64,000 nucleotides of DNA from Candidatus Latescibacterota bacterium (GCA_965221775.1 CBDCSU010000005.1:352001-416000), one strand, 5' to 3'. Positions 19,124-28,323 are shown, counted from the first letter of the stretch. Numbers and translations: made by a program. Notes: generated by a model not told the origin, from the sequence alone.

Positions 19124-19195
19124 GGAAAAAGCACGGCCCCCCACGCCCCTTCACCCCGGGGAGAGAGGAGCTATTGGTTGCCACTTACGGACCGC

Positions 19196-19672
19196 TTATG
19201 GGCCGCTCTGGGCCTCCTCCTCGCCGGCCTTGATCCTCACGGGGTCGGACCCGACCGAGATGAACCGTGTCCGCGGGTTGAGGGTGAGCTTGTCGTACGG
19301 CCCGTAGGGCCGCCAGCGCTTGGCCCCCGGAGTCGTCATCGTCTGGGGCTCGGCGTCGGGCCGTTCCGCGCCGATCATCCGAAGGGCCTCGTCCTCGTCG
19401 AAGGGGTCCATCTCTTCGAACCTGTAGCTGACATAGCTCGCCTCCCCCTCCTTAATTACCACGAAGACCCGGACACCCGTGCCAAGCACATCCTGCCACA
19501 GCAGATGCCCGAACCTCCCCTCCGAGGCCTGGACCCTCTGCCAGGGGTCTCCCCAGCGCTCGATGAGATCGGCCTCGCTCCTGCCGAGAACCTCATGAAC
19601 GTCCAGCGGCGGCGGCTCCCGGGAGCAGGACGCCCCGAGAACCAGGACTGAGATGACCAGCGCGGCTCTCAT
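19196..19672 (-). CDS. Small lipoprotein, possibly BamE/SmpA-like fold
   Basis: This is the 3' part of track ORF 19196..22126, with the real start at ATG 19672: MRAALVISVLVLGASC (lipobox-like), then VLGRSEADLIERWGDP, which resembles the G.(S/T)..(D/E)....(L/W)G.P motif of SmpA/BamE-type domains. Confidence 0.7.
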   Translation of the reverse strand: MRAALVISVLVLGASCSREPPPLDVHEVLGRSEADLIERWGDPWQRVQASEGRFGHLLWQDVLGTGVRVFVVIKEGEASYVSYRFEEMDPFDEDEALRMIGAERPDAEPQTMTTPGAKRWRPYGPYDKLTLNPRTRFISVGSDPVRIKAGEEEAQSGP

Positions 19673-19739
19673 TCGGATCCGATCCTTGTCTCGTGCTCGG
19701 TTGAAGCCCGGCACGTCCCGGCCCCGGGCAGGGAGCCGC

Positions 19740-19767
19740 AAAATAGAGGGGGGGCTTTCCCGGTCAA
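19740..19767 (-). promoter_or_regulatory. Candidate sigma70-type promoter for the small lipoprotein gene
   Basis: Minus strand TTGACC-16 nt-TATTTT, with a 7-bp homopolymer (19748-19754) in the spacer. Confidence 0.4.
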
Positions 19768-19819
19768 GCAGCCGAATCCGACGGCTTGCCGATCGGTGGT
19801 GATTTCCTCTCCGGCAGGG

Positions 19820-22624
19820 ATGGTGCGTATGCGGCCCTGGATCTGGATGCTCCTCCTCTTGCTGACGGGCGGGTTCCGGGCGCTGGCGTCCGAGCCGGTC
19901 CTGGGGCTCCCGCAGGACGTCTCCGGCCGCTCCTTCCTCTACCGGTCGGATCCCTCCTACCTCAACTACGGTTTCGAGGACTACACGCTGCCGGAGTTCA
20001 CCCGGTTCTCGCGGCGCAACTACTACGGCCCCCTGGGCAACTTCCTGATCCAGGGCTACGACGTGTACGAGTGGCGGGAGACCCGGGCCTCGACGGCCAC
20101 GGCCTGGCACAAGTCGCTGCGCACCCTCCCCCGCTTCGGGCGTTTCGAGCGCAACCTGGTGGCGCGGGAGTCGCACGCGCGGTGGGCGGCGAGCCTGATC
20201 TACGGGGAGGAGATCCGCACGCTGTTCACGCCGCTGACCCTGGCCCTGCCGGGCTACGACGGCATCCGCCTCGACAGCCAGGTGGGCAACACGCGGGTGG
20301 CCGTCATCGGACAGCGGTACGTGGGTCACTTCACCGCCGGCCAGTACGGCGAAGGGCCCGTCTGGACCAACTGGGACTTCACCGAGCACATGCGCAGCTC
20401 GGCGATGCTCCTCGGGGCCCACGGCGACGTCGAGCTGGGGGCGCTGACCCTGGGGGCGACGGGGGTGAACTTCCACATCTTCGACGCCGAGCAGGAGAGC
20501 TTCGTGCTGCGCGGCGGGCTGCAGGCCGAGCAGGTGCTGCCGGTGGGCTACCTGGTGCGGCTCTCCGACGATTCGCCGGAGGACCTGCAGGCCGGCGCCG
20601 TGGTCGCGGAGGTGCGTCTGAAGGTCAACGGCGAGGAGCGCCCGGACCTGCGGCCCTTCCTGGCCCGCATCAACGGCCAGAATCCCACCGCGGTGGGATC
20701 CACCAGCCGGCTCACGGGCCAGTTCCGGCGGGTGGCCTACCTGGACCGGGGCACGCGCTTCGCAGACGTGCTCTACCTGCGCGATCACCTGCGGGGGGAG
20801 GACGTGTCGGACAAGGTCAACCTGGAGGAGTTGCTGCGCTGGGTGGAGGCCCTGCCGGACGTGCCCGGGCTGCGGGCCGACGGCCACGAGCAGATCATCG
20901 CCTTCTTCGACGTGAGCCAGGAGCCGTTCATCCGCCAGGTGCAGGTGGAGGCGCTGGTGGGCAACGACTACCGCGTCGAGGTGCTGCCCCTCTACGTCTC
21001 GGCCCCGGCGGTGGAGAACTACGAGTTCCACTACCGCGTGGGCGGCAATTCCCTGGCGCCGGGGCAAGGCTACTTCGTGGAAAAGGAGACGCCGGGGGTG
21101 ACCGCCGCACGCCGCTCCCCGGGCAACGTTCAGGACATGTCGAACCTGGAGTGGGTGCGCCTGGATCTGGGGGAGTGGACGGGCCGGGCCCTGTGGGGTC
21201 TCAACGGGGCCTGGGAGTGGGGCGACGCCGAGGTGCGCTGGGAATACGCCCGCAGCGTGGAGTACCGCGAGTTTCCCGACGGCCGGCCGGGGTACCGCGA
21301 GGACCGGGAACTCAGGGGCATCCGCCGCTGGAACGGGGCGCGCAGCAGCACCGACGCCGGCGCGTACTACGTGAACGGACGGTGGCGCCGGGGCCGGGTG
21401 GAGGTGGGGGGGGAGCTGTTCTCCATCGCCGAGGAGTACGACAGCGGCTTCGTGCAGGACAACGACGACGACGACCGCTATCCCGACAGCGGCCCCGGAC
21501 ACCGCCCCATGAGTGCGGACACGGGCACCCCCTTCGACCCGGACGGGGTGTTCCCGGGCAACGACCGGGACAACGACCGGATTCCGGACACCAACCGCAA
21601 CGGCAACCGGGTGCCCGATTACCTGGAGGCGTTCCTGCTGTACGACGTGGAGCCGCTGGCCTATGCCTATGGACGGGACGCCAACAACAACGGCATCCCC
21701 GACCACCGCGAGGACGACCTGGACTCGGACTACCCCTACGAGGTGGACCAGCGCGGGCACCACGCCTTCGGGACGCTGCATCTGCCCGGCGGGTTTCGCC
21801 TCACGGCGGGCCGGCTGCGGGCGGCGGGGATCGCCAGCGGCGCCCGCAACGAGAGCACCTACGGCGTCGCCACCCTTCGCCGCCACAGTCACCGGTGGGG
21901 CTCGGTCCGGGCCGAGACCCGCCTCCGGCGGCTCCACGACGACATCGTCGACAACTACGTCGTCTTCGACGAGGTGTGGGGCCGCTATCCCAACCGGGAG
22001 CGGACCTATGCCCCCACCACGGTGCTGGATCTGCTTGAGTATCGCGACAGCCTGGACCGGCAGCACTACGTCGAAGCCGACCTCAGCCCCGCCCCCGGAC
22101 TGCGCCTCGGCGGCAACCTGCGCCATGCGCTCAACGAGCAGCGCGAGGCCACCCTGGCCGATGGCAGCGATCAGGCCGCCGACACGATCACCCGGCTGAC
22201 GATGGTGGCCCGGGCCGAGTATGTGTGGGAGCTGTCGGAGCGGTGGCGCGTGATCGCCCAGGCCAAGGCGCTGCGGCTGCGCCGGACTCGGGAGAGCCTG
22301 GCGGTGGACCTGGCCAACGAGTGGACTTTCGTGCCGATCCTGAAGACCTCATGTCACATCACGCCGCGCACCCACCTGTGGCTCGGCACCCAGGGGCTGC
22401 CGGGCCTGCCCCTGCGCAAGGAGGATCTGGCCGACGGCCGCGACAGCTACGAGGAGGTCGTTCGGGTGGTGCAGCTGACGAACTGGTCTCCCTACTTCGG
22501 GTACGAAATCGCCACCAACCTGGGGGTGAAGTGGAGCCGGCGCCAATACGGAGATCCCGCACGGGAGAGGGACGATCTCGACATCACCTCCGCCTTCCTG
22601 CGCGTCCTCCTGGGATTCGAATAG
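19820..22624 (+). CDS. Uncharacterised large probable outer-membrane protein, paralog D (near-identical inverted copy of paralog A)
   Basis: Signal MVRMRPWIWMLLLLLTGGFRALA (ATG 19820 or 19829). From QDVSGRS onward it is colinear and mostly identical to 6541..9351, ending AFLRVLLGFE. Confidence 0.85.
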   Translation: MVRMRPWIWMLLLLLTGGFRALASEPVLGLPQDVSGRSFLYRSDPSYLNYGFEDYTLPEFTRFSRRNYYGPLGNFLIQGYDVYEWRETRASTATAWHKSLRTLPRFGRFERNLVARESHARWAASLIYGEEIRTLFTPLTLALPGYDGIRLDSQVGNTRVAVIGQRYVGHFTAGQYGEGPVWTNWDFTEHMRSSAMLLGAHGDVELGALTLGATGVNFHIFDAEQESFVLRGGLQAEQVLPVGYLVRLSDDSPEDLQAGAVVAEVRLKVNGEERPDLRPFLARINGQNPTAVGSTSRLTGQFRRVAYLDRGTRFADVLYLRDHLRGEDVSDKVNLEELLRWVEALPDVPGLRADGHEQIIAFFDVSQEPFIRQVQVEALVGNDYRVEVLPLYVSAPAVENYEFHYRVGGNSLAPGQGYFVEKETPGVTAARRSPGNVQDMSNLEWVRLDLGEWTGRALWGLNGAWEWGDAEVRWEYARSVEYREFPDGRPGYREDRELRGIRRWNGARSSTDAGAYYVNGRWRRGRVEVGGELFSIAEEYDSGFVQDNDDDDRYPDSGPGHRPMSADTGTPFDPDGVFPGNDRDNDRIPDTNRNGNRVPDYLEAFLLYDVEPLAYAYGRDANNNGIPDHREDDLDSDYPYEVDQRGHHAFGTLHLPGGFRLTAGRLRAAGIASGARNESTYGVATLRRHSHRWGSVRAETRLRRLHDDIVDNYVVFDEVWGRYPNRERTYAPTTVLDLLEYRDSLDRQHYVEADLSPAPGLRLGGNLRHALNEQREATLADGSDQAADTITRLTMVARAEYVWELSERWRVIAQAKALRLRRTRESLAVDLANEWTFVPILKTSCHITPRTHLWLGTQGLPGLPLRKEDLADGRDSYEEVVRVVQLTNWSPYFGYEIATNLGVKWSRRQYGDPARERDDLDITSAFLRVLLGFE
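19913..22620 (+). repeat. Right arm of a ~2.7-kb inverted repeat (mature coding region of paralog D)
   Basis: See the left arm. The shadow ORF translations in the track are also identical over long stretches, which indicates identity at all three codon positions. Confidence 0.95.
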
Positions 22625-22629
22625 CAGGA

Positions 22630-24699
22630 CTACAACCCGGGGAAGTAGCTCAGATCCAGGTGCGGGCGCTCCATGTATCGCGTCATGTGAGAGAGGTCCG
22701 AGAAGAACAGGTGCTCGTGGTCCTTCCGGAACCGCACCAGCTCGCGCAGGGCCTCCGTCGCTTCGTCGACCCGCTCCTCCGGCACCTGCGCACTGCCATC
22801 GTGGATGGCGGTGAAGGCAACCGCCAGCAGGGCGTGTTGCAGACCCACCTGAAGGAACCTGACCCGCTCCGCGAACTCGGGCCGGGGGCTGGTGCCCGCC
22901 TCGTGCAGCGCCCGCTCCAGGATGGGGAGGGCGGGATCGAAGACCTCCGGGGGAAAGGCATCGTGGGCCTGGAGAGGATACTTCGCGTAGCGGCGCACCT
23001 CCAGGTCCTGGATGAAGTTCAAGGTGTTCTCCACCGCATAGCCCTCCCAGTAGTCGCAGTAGCGCCTGACACTCTCCGCCGCCGGTCCGAAGGCCGAGAA
23101 GTACTCGCCGCGAATCGCATCGATCTCCAGTTCGGGATCGCTGTGCAGCCGCAGGTGCATGTAGAGCCGGAGCCCCTGCGCCGCCCACTGCCCGGTGTTC
23201 ATGTCGAAGTCGGTGCCCTCCATTCCGTTTTCGTAGGCGAACTTGAAGAAGGCCCCGGACTGATGGGTCTCGAAGTGGGGCAGCAAGTAACCGTCGAGAA
23301 GGTAGTTGGGCCGGTACCCCATCCTCATGCCGGTCTTCTTCCAGCCGAGCCACTGCTCCTTCATCCACTCGAAGGCCGCCACGGGCATCGGGAAGTAGCG
23401 CAGGTGGGGATCCCTCCACTGGACGAATTCGCCGTAGTAGCTCTTGCCGAGGTAGACGTCGTTGACCGGTGCGGTGAACTCGTTCTCGTACAGTGACATG
23501 ACCAGCATCTGCACGTTCGGATTCCGCCTGGCCGCCTTCTCCCGTATGGCCTGCCAGAAACGGACGTACCGGTCGGAGGTCTGACCGTAGAAGACCTGGG
23601 TATCGTGGTCGTCCTCGTACATGAGCCTGGCGAACCAGGGCGGCGGTTCGGGCTGGGGCCCGTCCCATGCCCGGCACGGCTCGCACGTACACCGCCCCGG
23701 CCGGTCCACCGGCCTTACCACGAGGCCCCTCTTCCCGTCCCATCGCTCGACGATGAAGTCCTGCAGCTCCTCGTTCGTCACGCACAGCGACACATACGGG
23801 TGCGGTCTTCCGGGTTTCGGATTCCCCCGCCTCCCGTCGCGGGTAAGGACGAACCACTCCGGGTGCTTCTCGCCGTACTGGTTCCAGCTGACGGACTTGT
23901 GATCCCCCGGGGGGCGCGCATCCAGTCCGCCCAGCCGGTGTCTCCGATAGAGCACCCTCAGGGCCGCGTCGTACTCGCGCGCCACTTCGGGTGAGAATCC
24001 GATGCGGGCATCGGCGCTTCCCTCCCCGATGTCATGGCGAGGAATCCTCATGTAGCGGAAGCGGAGGGCCGGTTGTTCCATCCGCCTCACCGCCCGCAGA
24101 GCGATCGACCTCGTCCCGGGCACGTAGGTGCCCAGATCTCCGGGCCACAGCCAGCGCACGCCCACGAATTCCTCCAGGAACTCGTAGACGCCGAAGAGGG
24201 TGCCCACGTCCGGATTGTCCAGTTCCAGGGGATCGGCGTCGCTCTCCCGCCCGAGGATGTAGAGGTCGTTGCCCACGGAGCGCATGACGAAGGTCTCCCT
24301 GGGGAGGCGCTCCACGTCGATCCCCTGGCGGAGAGCGGATTCCGTCTCCCCCACGTAGATGCGGGTATTGACGTCCCGGGGCGTCTCCGATTCCGGGATG
24401 ACACGGAGGGTGACGCCCGTGGCCAGCCGTACGTGCTCCACCAGCTCTTCCACGGCATAGGCCGCCGTCCTCGTGGGCGCGTCGGCAGTGACCACCACGG
24501 CCCTCGGTTCGCCCTCCACCACCAGGGTGACCTGCGCCCCGGCCACCGGGGGCAGGAAGGCCGCGAGAGCCATCACCAGGGCGGTGACGACGCTTCTCCG
24601 GCAATGCCTCCTGTCTCTGTTGGAGATCGATCGGGGCACGGTAGTCCTCCTTCCGGCAAGGCGGACGCCACGCTCAGCGGACGCCGACGTATACCACAT
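22630..24699 (-). CDS. DUF4838 domain protein (putative glycoside hydrolase, GH67/GH20-like N-terminal domain)
   Basis: Signal ending AGAQ; motifs YAVEEL..HV..ATG, GTLFGVYEFLEE..GVRWLWPG..G, HPEWF, LCVTNEEL, FGPAA. The start is probably downstream of 24699. Confidence 0.85.
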   Translation of the reverse strand: MWYTSASAERGVRLAGRRTTVPRSISNRDRRHCRRSVVTALVMALAAFLPPVAGAQVTLVVEGEPRAVVVTADAPTRTAAYAVEELVEHVRLATGVTLRVIPESETPRDVNTRIYVGETESALRQGIDVERLPRETFVMRSVGNDLYILGRESDADPLELDNPDVGTLFGVYEFLEEFVGVRWLWPGDLGTYVPGTRSIALRAVRRMEQPALRFRYMRIPRHDIGEGSADARIGFSPEVAREYDAALRVLYRRHRLGGLDARPPGDHKSVSWNQYGEKHPEWFVLTRDGRRGNPKPGRPHPYVSLCVTNEELQDFIVERWDGKRGLVVRPVDRPGRCTCEPCRAWDGPQPEPPPWFARLMYEDDHDTQVFYGQTSDRYVRFWQAIREKAARRNPNVQMLVMSLYENEFTAPVNDVYLGKSYYGEFVQWRDPHLRYFPMPVAAFEWMKEQWLGWKKTGMRMGYRPNYLLDGYLLPHFETHQSGAFFKFAYENGMEGTDFDMNTGQWAAQGLRLYMHLRLHSDPELEIDAIRGEYFSAFGPAAESVRRYCDYWEGYAVENTLNFIQDLEVRRYAKYPLQAHDAFPPEVFDPALPILERALHEAGTSPRPEFAERVRFLQVGLQHALLAVAFTAIHDGSAQVPEERVDEATEALRELVRFRKDHEHLFFSDLSHMTRYMERPHLDLSYFPGL

Positions 24700-26626
24700 T
24701 TCCGGTCTCCCCGAGGATGGCGTCCACCACCATCCACACGGCGGCGCCCATGAGCTGTCCCGCCACGAACCCGAGGAAGACCGGTTTCATGAAGTGATAT
24801 CCCCGACTGCCCCAGAACCTGAAGATGATCGCCTTCAGCAGCCAGCCGAGGAATACGGAGAACCAGGCCCGGCCCATGACCCAGCTGTCGCCGATGGGCA
24901 GGCCGATGTAGTGCAGGGGCCACCAGGGGAGCCGGTGCTGCAGATGGATGAGCAGTCCCATGACTGCGCCGCCGATGGCGGTGAAGAGCAGGCGCGGCTT
25001 GATGGTCTCCCAGCCGATGGGGTTGACCAGCTTGTCCTCGAGGAACCGGTAGGCGATGCTGGGCACGCCGAACTGCCGCAGGTTGATGCCGCCGTACGTG
25101 TAGCTCAGGTGCATGGTCATCCAGGTCGCCCCCGCCATGCTGACGACGATGGCCACGAGGATCGCCCAGAACAGGCGCCGCGGATGCCGGCACGCCGGCA
25201 GGCCTCCCGCGTGGGCGAGCTTGAGCCCGTTGGCCGTGGAAGCCATGACGGTGGTGCGCATCTCCCCCGCCCACGAATAGCTGAGGCTCAGGCTGGCCAG
25301 GCCCTTCCAGCCGATGAGGTCCGTCCCCAGGGTATAGACCGCGAAAGGCTGGGGTACCATGGTGGAGGCCGTGAAGCCCACGCCTCCCTGGGCGATCACC
25401 CGGGTGACGGCCACGAAGATCGTGAGGACTGCCAGGAGGAAGACGATGGCGGTCAACGGCGGCATCCCGCTCATCAGCAGCCAGACGAAGTAGTAGGCGG
25501 CGCACGCGGTCCAGAGCCAGACGGCGGCCCGGTAGGAGAGAATCTCCTCGGCGTCGGCCGCGTCCCTCCGCCAGCGGACGGCTGCGCCCAGGACGCGCGC
25601 CAGGTGCCGGCGGGCCGTCCACAGGATGGCGGCCACCAGCACGATGATCGCCCCCATGCCCTGATGGGACAGGGCGGGAGAGGATGCGGTCAAGGACTCG
25701 TGCCGGCCCGGGAGCTCGTAGCCCACGACGTGGAAGACGCCGGTCTGGCACATCCCCAGCACGTGGAAGAACCACACTGAGAAGGCGACGTGCAGGTTGA
25801 GGAAGTAGCTGAGGCCGATGATCGCGAAGTTGACGAAGATGCGCAGCCGGACGCTGTTGCGGAACAGCGGGATCGGGTCGAAATAGGTCTCGATCTCCGG
25901 GATGAAGAAGTAGTAGTGGTGCAGTCCGCGGAGCATCTGCAATGCGAAGGGGATCGCGAAGCCGGCCCACAGGAGCCGGTTCCTGAAGAGGGGCGGCACC
26001 GCGTGATCGTCGGCGCCGCGAAGCATCTCGAGAGGAAGCTGGGTCAGGGGAAAGACGAGGCGCTCCTGCTCCACCCAGGGGCGGCGCAGGATGACCATGG
26101 TGCAGACCATGAGGACGAAGACGGCGAGCATGGCGCTGCCCCACGCCAGCATGGGCACGGCCCACTCGCTCCACGGTATCCCCTGACCCGCCGGGAGGCC
26201 CTCGTAGAAATAGCGCGCCACGTCGGGGTCCCGCGGAGCCAGCCAGCTCGGAATGAGTGGATGGACGAGATCGACCCAGCCGTTCTCAGGGGTGGCGTAG
26301 TAGAAGGGCCGGGTGAGTATGTGGAACAGGTTGGTCACCAGGCCCCAGGTGGGGATCGCGCAGGCCACGACCATCATGGCGAAGACCACGATGAGCTCGA
26401 CGCTGCTCAGTCCCCAGCCCGTGCGGAGACGCTTCAGGACCGGGTTGATCAGCCCCACGAGCACGAGGAACAGCATCATGGCGCCGGCGGTGATGTAGTC
26501 CGAGGTCAGGCCCGCGTTCTGCAGCAGCAGGACGCTGTACGGACAGGCGAGGTTGATCGCCAGGGCCAGCAGCGCCCCGAGGGCGATGGCGCGGAATGTC
26601 ACATCGTGATGTGGGCCCTCGGACAT
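24674..26626 (-). CDS. DUF6785/DUF6784 family polytopic membrane protein (putative transporter)
   Basis: Many TM helices; motifs TFRAI.LG, ELIVVF.M, W.EW.VP...W, RRPWVEQERLVFPL, WWPLH.IG, FLGWLLK..I, PVFLG...G. Confidence 0.8.
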   Translation of the reverse strand: MSEGPHHDVTFRAIALGALLALAINLACPYSVLLLQNAGLTSDYITAGAMMLFLVLVGLINPVLKRLRTGWGLSSVELIVVFAMMVVACAIPTWGLVTNLFHILTRPFYYATPENGWVDLVHPLIPSWLAPRDPDVARYFYEGLPAGQGIPWSEWAVPMLAWGSAMLAVFVLMVCTMVILRRPWVEQERLVFPLTQLPLEMLRGADDHAVPPLFRNRLLWAGFAIPFALQMLRGLHHYYFFIPEIETYFDPIPLFRNSVRLRIFVNFAIIGLSYFLNLHVAFSVWFFHVLGMCQTGVFHVVGYELPGRHESLTASSPALSHQGMGAIIVLVAAILWTARRHLARVLGAAVRWRRDAADAEEILSYRAAVWLWTACAAYYFVWLLMSGMPPLTAIVFLLAVLTIFVAVTRVIAQGGVGFTASTMVPQPFAVYTLGTDLIGWKGLASLSLSYSWAGEMRTTVMASTANGLKLAHAGGLPACRHPRRLFWAILVAIVVSMAGATWMTMHLSYTYGGINLRQFGVPSIAYRFLEDKLVNPIGWETIKPRLLFTAIGGAVMGLLIHLQHRLPWWPLHYIGLPIGDSWVMGRAWFSVFLGWLLKAIIFRFWGSRGYHFMKPVFLGFVAGQLMGAAVWMVVDAILGETGNVVYVGVR

Positions 26627-26889
26627 GTGGGATCAGTCTTCTGCGACCATCCGGGCGGGTATGGGCATCCGATGCGGCCTCGGGTATGGGGCGGGTCAAG
26701 GTATTCGGGACAGGCCGCAGCGACAACGGGCGGAAGCCCCCTCCCGGTCCCGGTTTCCTGAGATTCGCTGCCCTCGAAGCCGCGGGGGCTTCAAGTGGAG
26801 GTTTTCACCTCTCCCGCGGCCCCCTATCTTGGGACGGCCAGCGGAACAACAGCCCCTCAGCTCCGCGCCAGTATGCGGTGGGAGGCACC

Positions 26890-28323
26890 ATGACCACGAT
26901 CCGGCTCCTCGCGGCCCTCGGGCTCATCCTGGCGGCCTTGACGCGCACCATGGCACAGACCGGCGACCAACTCATCCAGGAGATCATCCGCACCACCGCC
27001 CCGCTGGAGCAGCCGCGTGGCGAGCGCCTTCCCCTCTACCTCTGGCCGGCTCACAACCTGGGCACAGATGACGAGGCCGAGGTGGAGACGTTGCTGCGCC
27101 AGCTCGAGGCGCGCGGCATCGCCGCCATCGCCAACTGGCGCACGGACGACGCGGAGGCCCTGGAGCGGGCCCTGCGCCTGGGGGCCTTCCAGAAGCGCCT
27201 GGGACTGCCCATCACGGTCAACGCCACCTCCTGCACCTACTCCTTCTTCAACGGCGACGAGGCCACGGCGCACGTGGACAGCGACGGCCGGCCCTTCTTC
27301 GATCCCTCCTTCGGCCCCCAGCACATGGGTTGTCCCTTCGCCATCGACTCCCGCACCACCGAGATGCGCCGCCGCATCGCCGAGCCCGTGGCCGCCTATG
27401 GCGAGGCCGGCCTCGACATCCACATGATCTTCGCCGACTGGGAGATCGACGGCCCCATCGAGTGGAACGAGGCCTGGGAACACTCGCGCCGCTGCATGCG
27501 CTGCCGGGCCCGCATCCCCCGGATTGACGACTTCGACGCCTTCCAGGGGGCCCTCCGCCGGCAGCGCAGCTACCTGCAGCGGCACATGCTCGCCGAGCCC
27601 GTGCTGGCGCGGTTCCCCCGCGCCCTGGTGGGCAACTACGCCGTCTATCCCCACAACGGCTACCGGTACTGGTTCGACTACTTCGAGAAGCACACTCCGG
27701 GCACGCCCCATCAGGTGGAGGGCGGCGCCCGCTACCGCCAGTGGTACCCCGAGTTCGACGGCACGGGCTACACCTTCGCCATGCCGGTGGTCTACACCTG
27801 GCAGGACATCTACGGCTGGTATGACTTCGACGTGCCCGACTACCGGTGGTTCTACAACATGCTGCTCGTGGGCAGCAACGCCGGAGAGTCGACGCCGGCC
27901 CACGTCCCGCTGATCACCTTCGTCCATTGGCACACGGTGATCCTCTCCGATCCCCCGCCGGATCACCCCCAGTTCAGTGAGGAGAAGTACCGCGAGCTGC
28001 TCTGGCATCTGCTGCTGCGCGGGCACGACGCGCTGTTCATGTGGAGTCCGCGGGATCAGGCCCTCAAGGAGAGCCAGCTCGCCCACCAGGTGTACGCGGA
28101 ATCCCACGAGTACCGCGATTTCCTCGCCCACGGAACGCCCGTCTCCTTCACCGTCCCGAAGCAACCGGGCCCGGTGGTGTCGGCCCTGCGCCGGGATGAC
28201 CGCTTGCTGGTGAGGCGCACCGACTTCACCGATACGGACGCCGTGGTGGAACTGGAGGTCGATGGCCGGATCCTCCAGGTGCCGCGGCTCGAAGGAAGCT
28301 GTCAGGTCATGACGCTGGACTGA
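26890..28323 (+). CDS. Secreted hypothetical protein, possible glycoside-hydrolase-like TIM barrel
   Basis: GGAGG RBS before ATG 26890, signal peptide, FADWEIDGP and C..C motifs, aromatic-rich. The function is inferred only. Confidence 0.7.
   Translation: MTTIRLLAALGLILAALTRTMAQTGDQLIQEIIRTTAPLEQPRGERLPLYLWPAHNLGTDDEAEVETLLRQLEARGIAAIANWRTDDAEALERALRLGAFQKRLGLPITVNATSCTYSFFNGDEATAHVDSDGRPFFDPSFGPQHMGCPFAIDSRTTEMRRRIAEPVAAYGEAGLDIHMIFADWEIDGPIEWNEAWEHSRRCMRCRARIPRIDDFDAFQGALRRQRSYLQRHMLAEPVLARFPRALVGNYAVYPHNGYRYWFDYFEKHTPGTPHQVEGGARYRQWYPEFDGTGYTFAMPVVYTWQDIYGWYDFDVPDYRWFYNMLLVGSNAGESTPAHVPLITFVHWHTVILSDPPPDHPQFSEEKYRELLWHLLLRGHDALFMWSPRDQALKESQLAHQVYAESHEYRDFLAHGTPVSFTVPKQPGPVVSALRRDDRLLVRRTDFTDTDAVVELEVDGRILQVPRLEGSCQVMTLD

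Noticed and set aside
6548-22620. Diversity-generating retroelement (TR/VR pair) as the cause of the A/D variation, prompted also by the nearby FGE/CLec-fold gene
   Set aside because: In the patch aligned by hand, mismatches involve all bases and many synonymous third positions rather than adenines only. The repeat covers the whole gene, and no reverse transcriptase is visible in the window.
6548-22620. Composite transposon bounded by inverted IS copies
   Set aside because: The arms encode signal-peptide-bearing envelope proteins with no transposase motifs. No terminal repeats or target duplication were seen.
26656-26690. Direct repeat CGGGTATGGG twice, around a GCATC-C-GATGC palindrome upstream of the DUF6785 gene
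   Set aside because: It could be an operator, but there are only two short GC-rich copies and no regulator nearby. It is not a CRISPR array and is not distinguishable from chance by eye.
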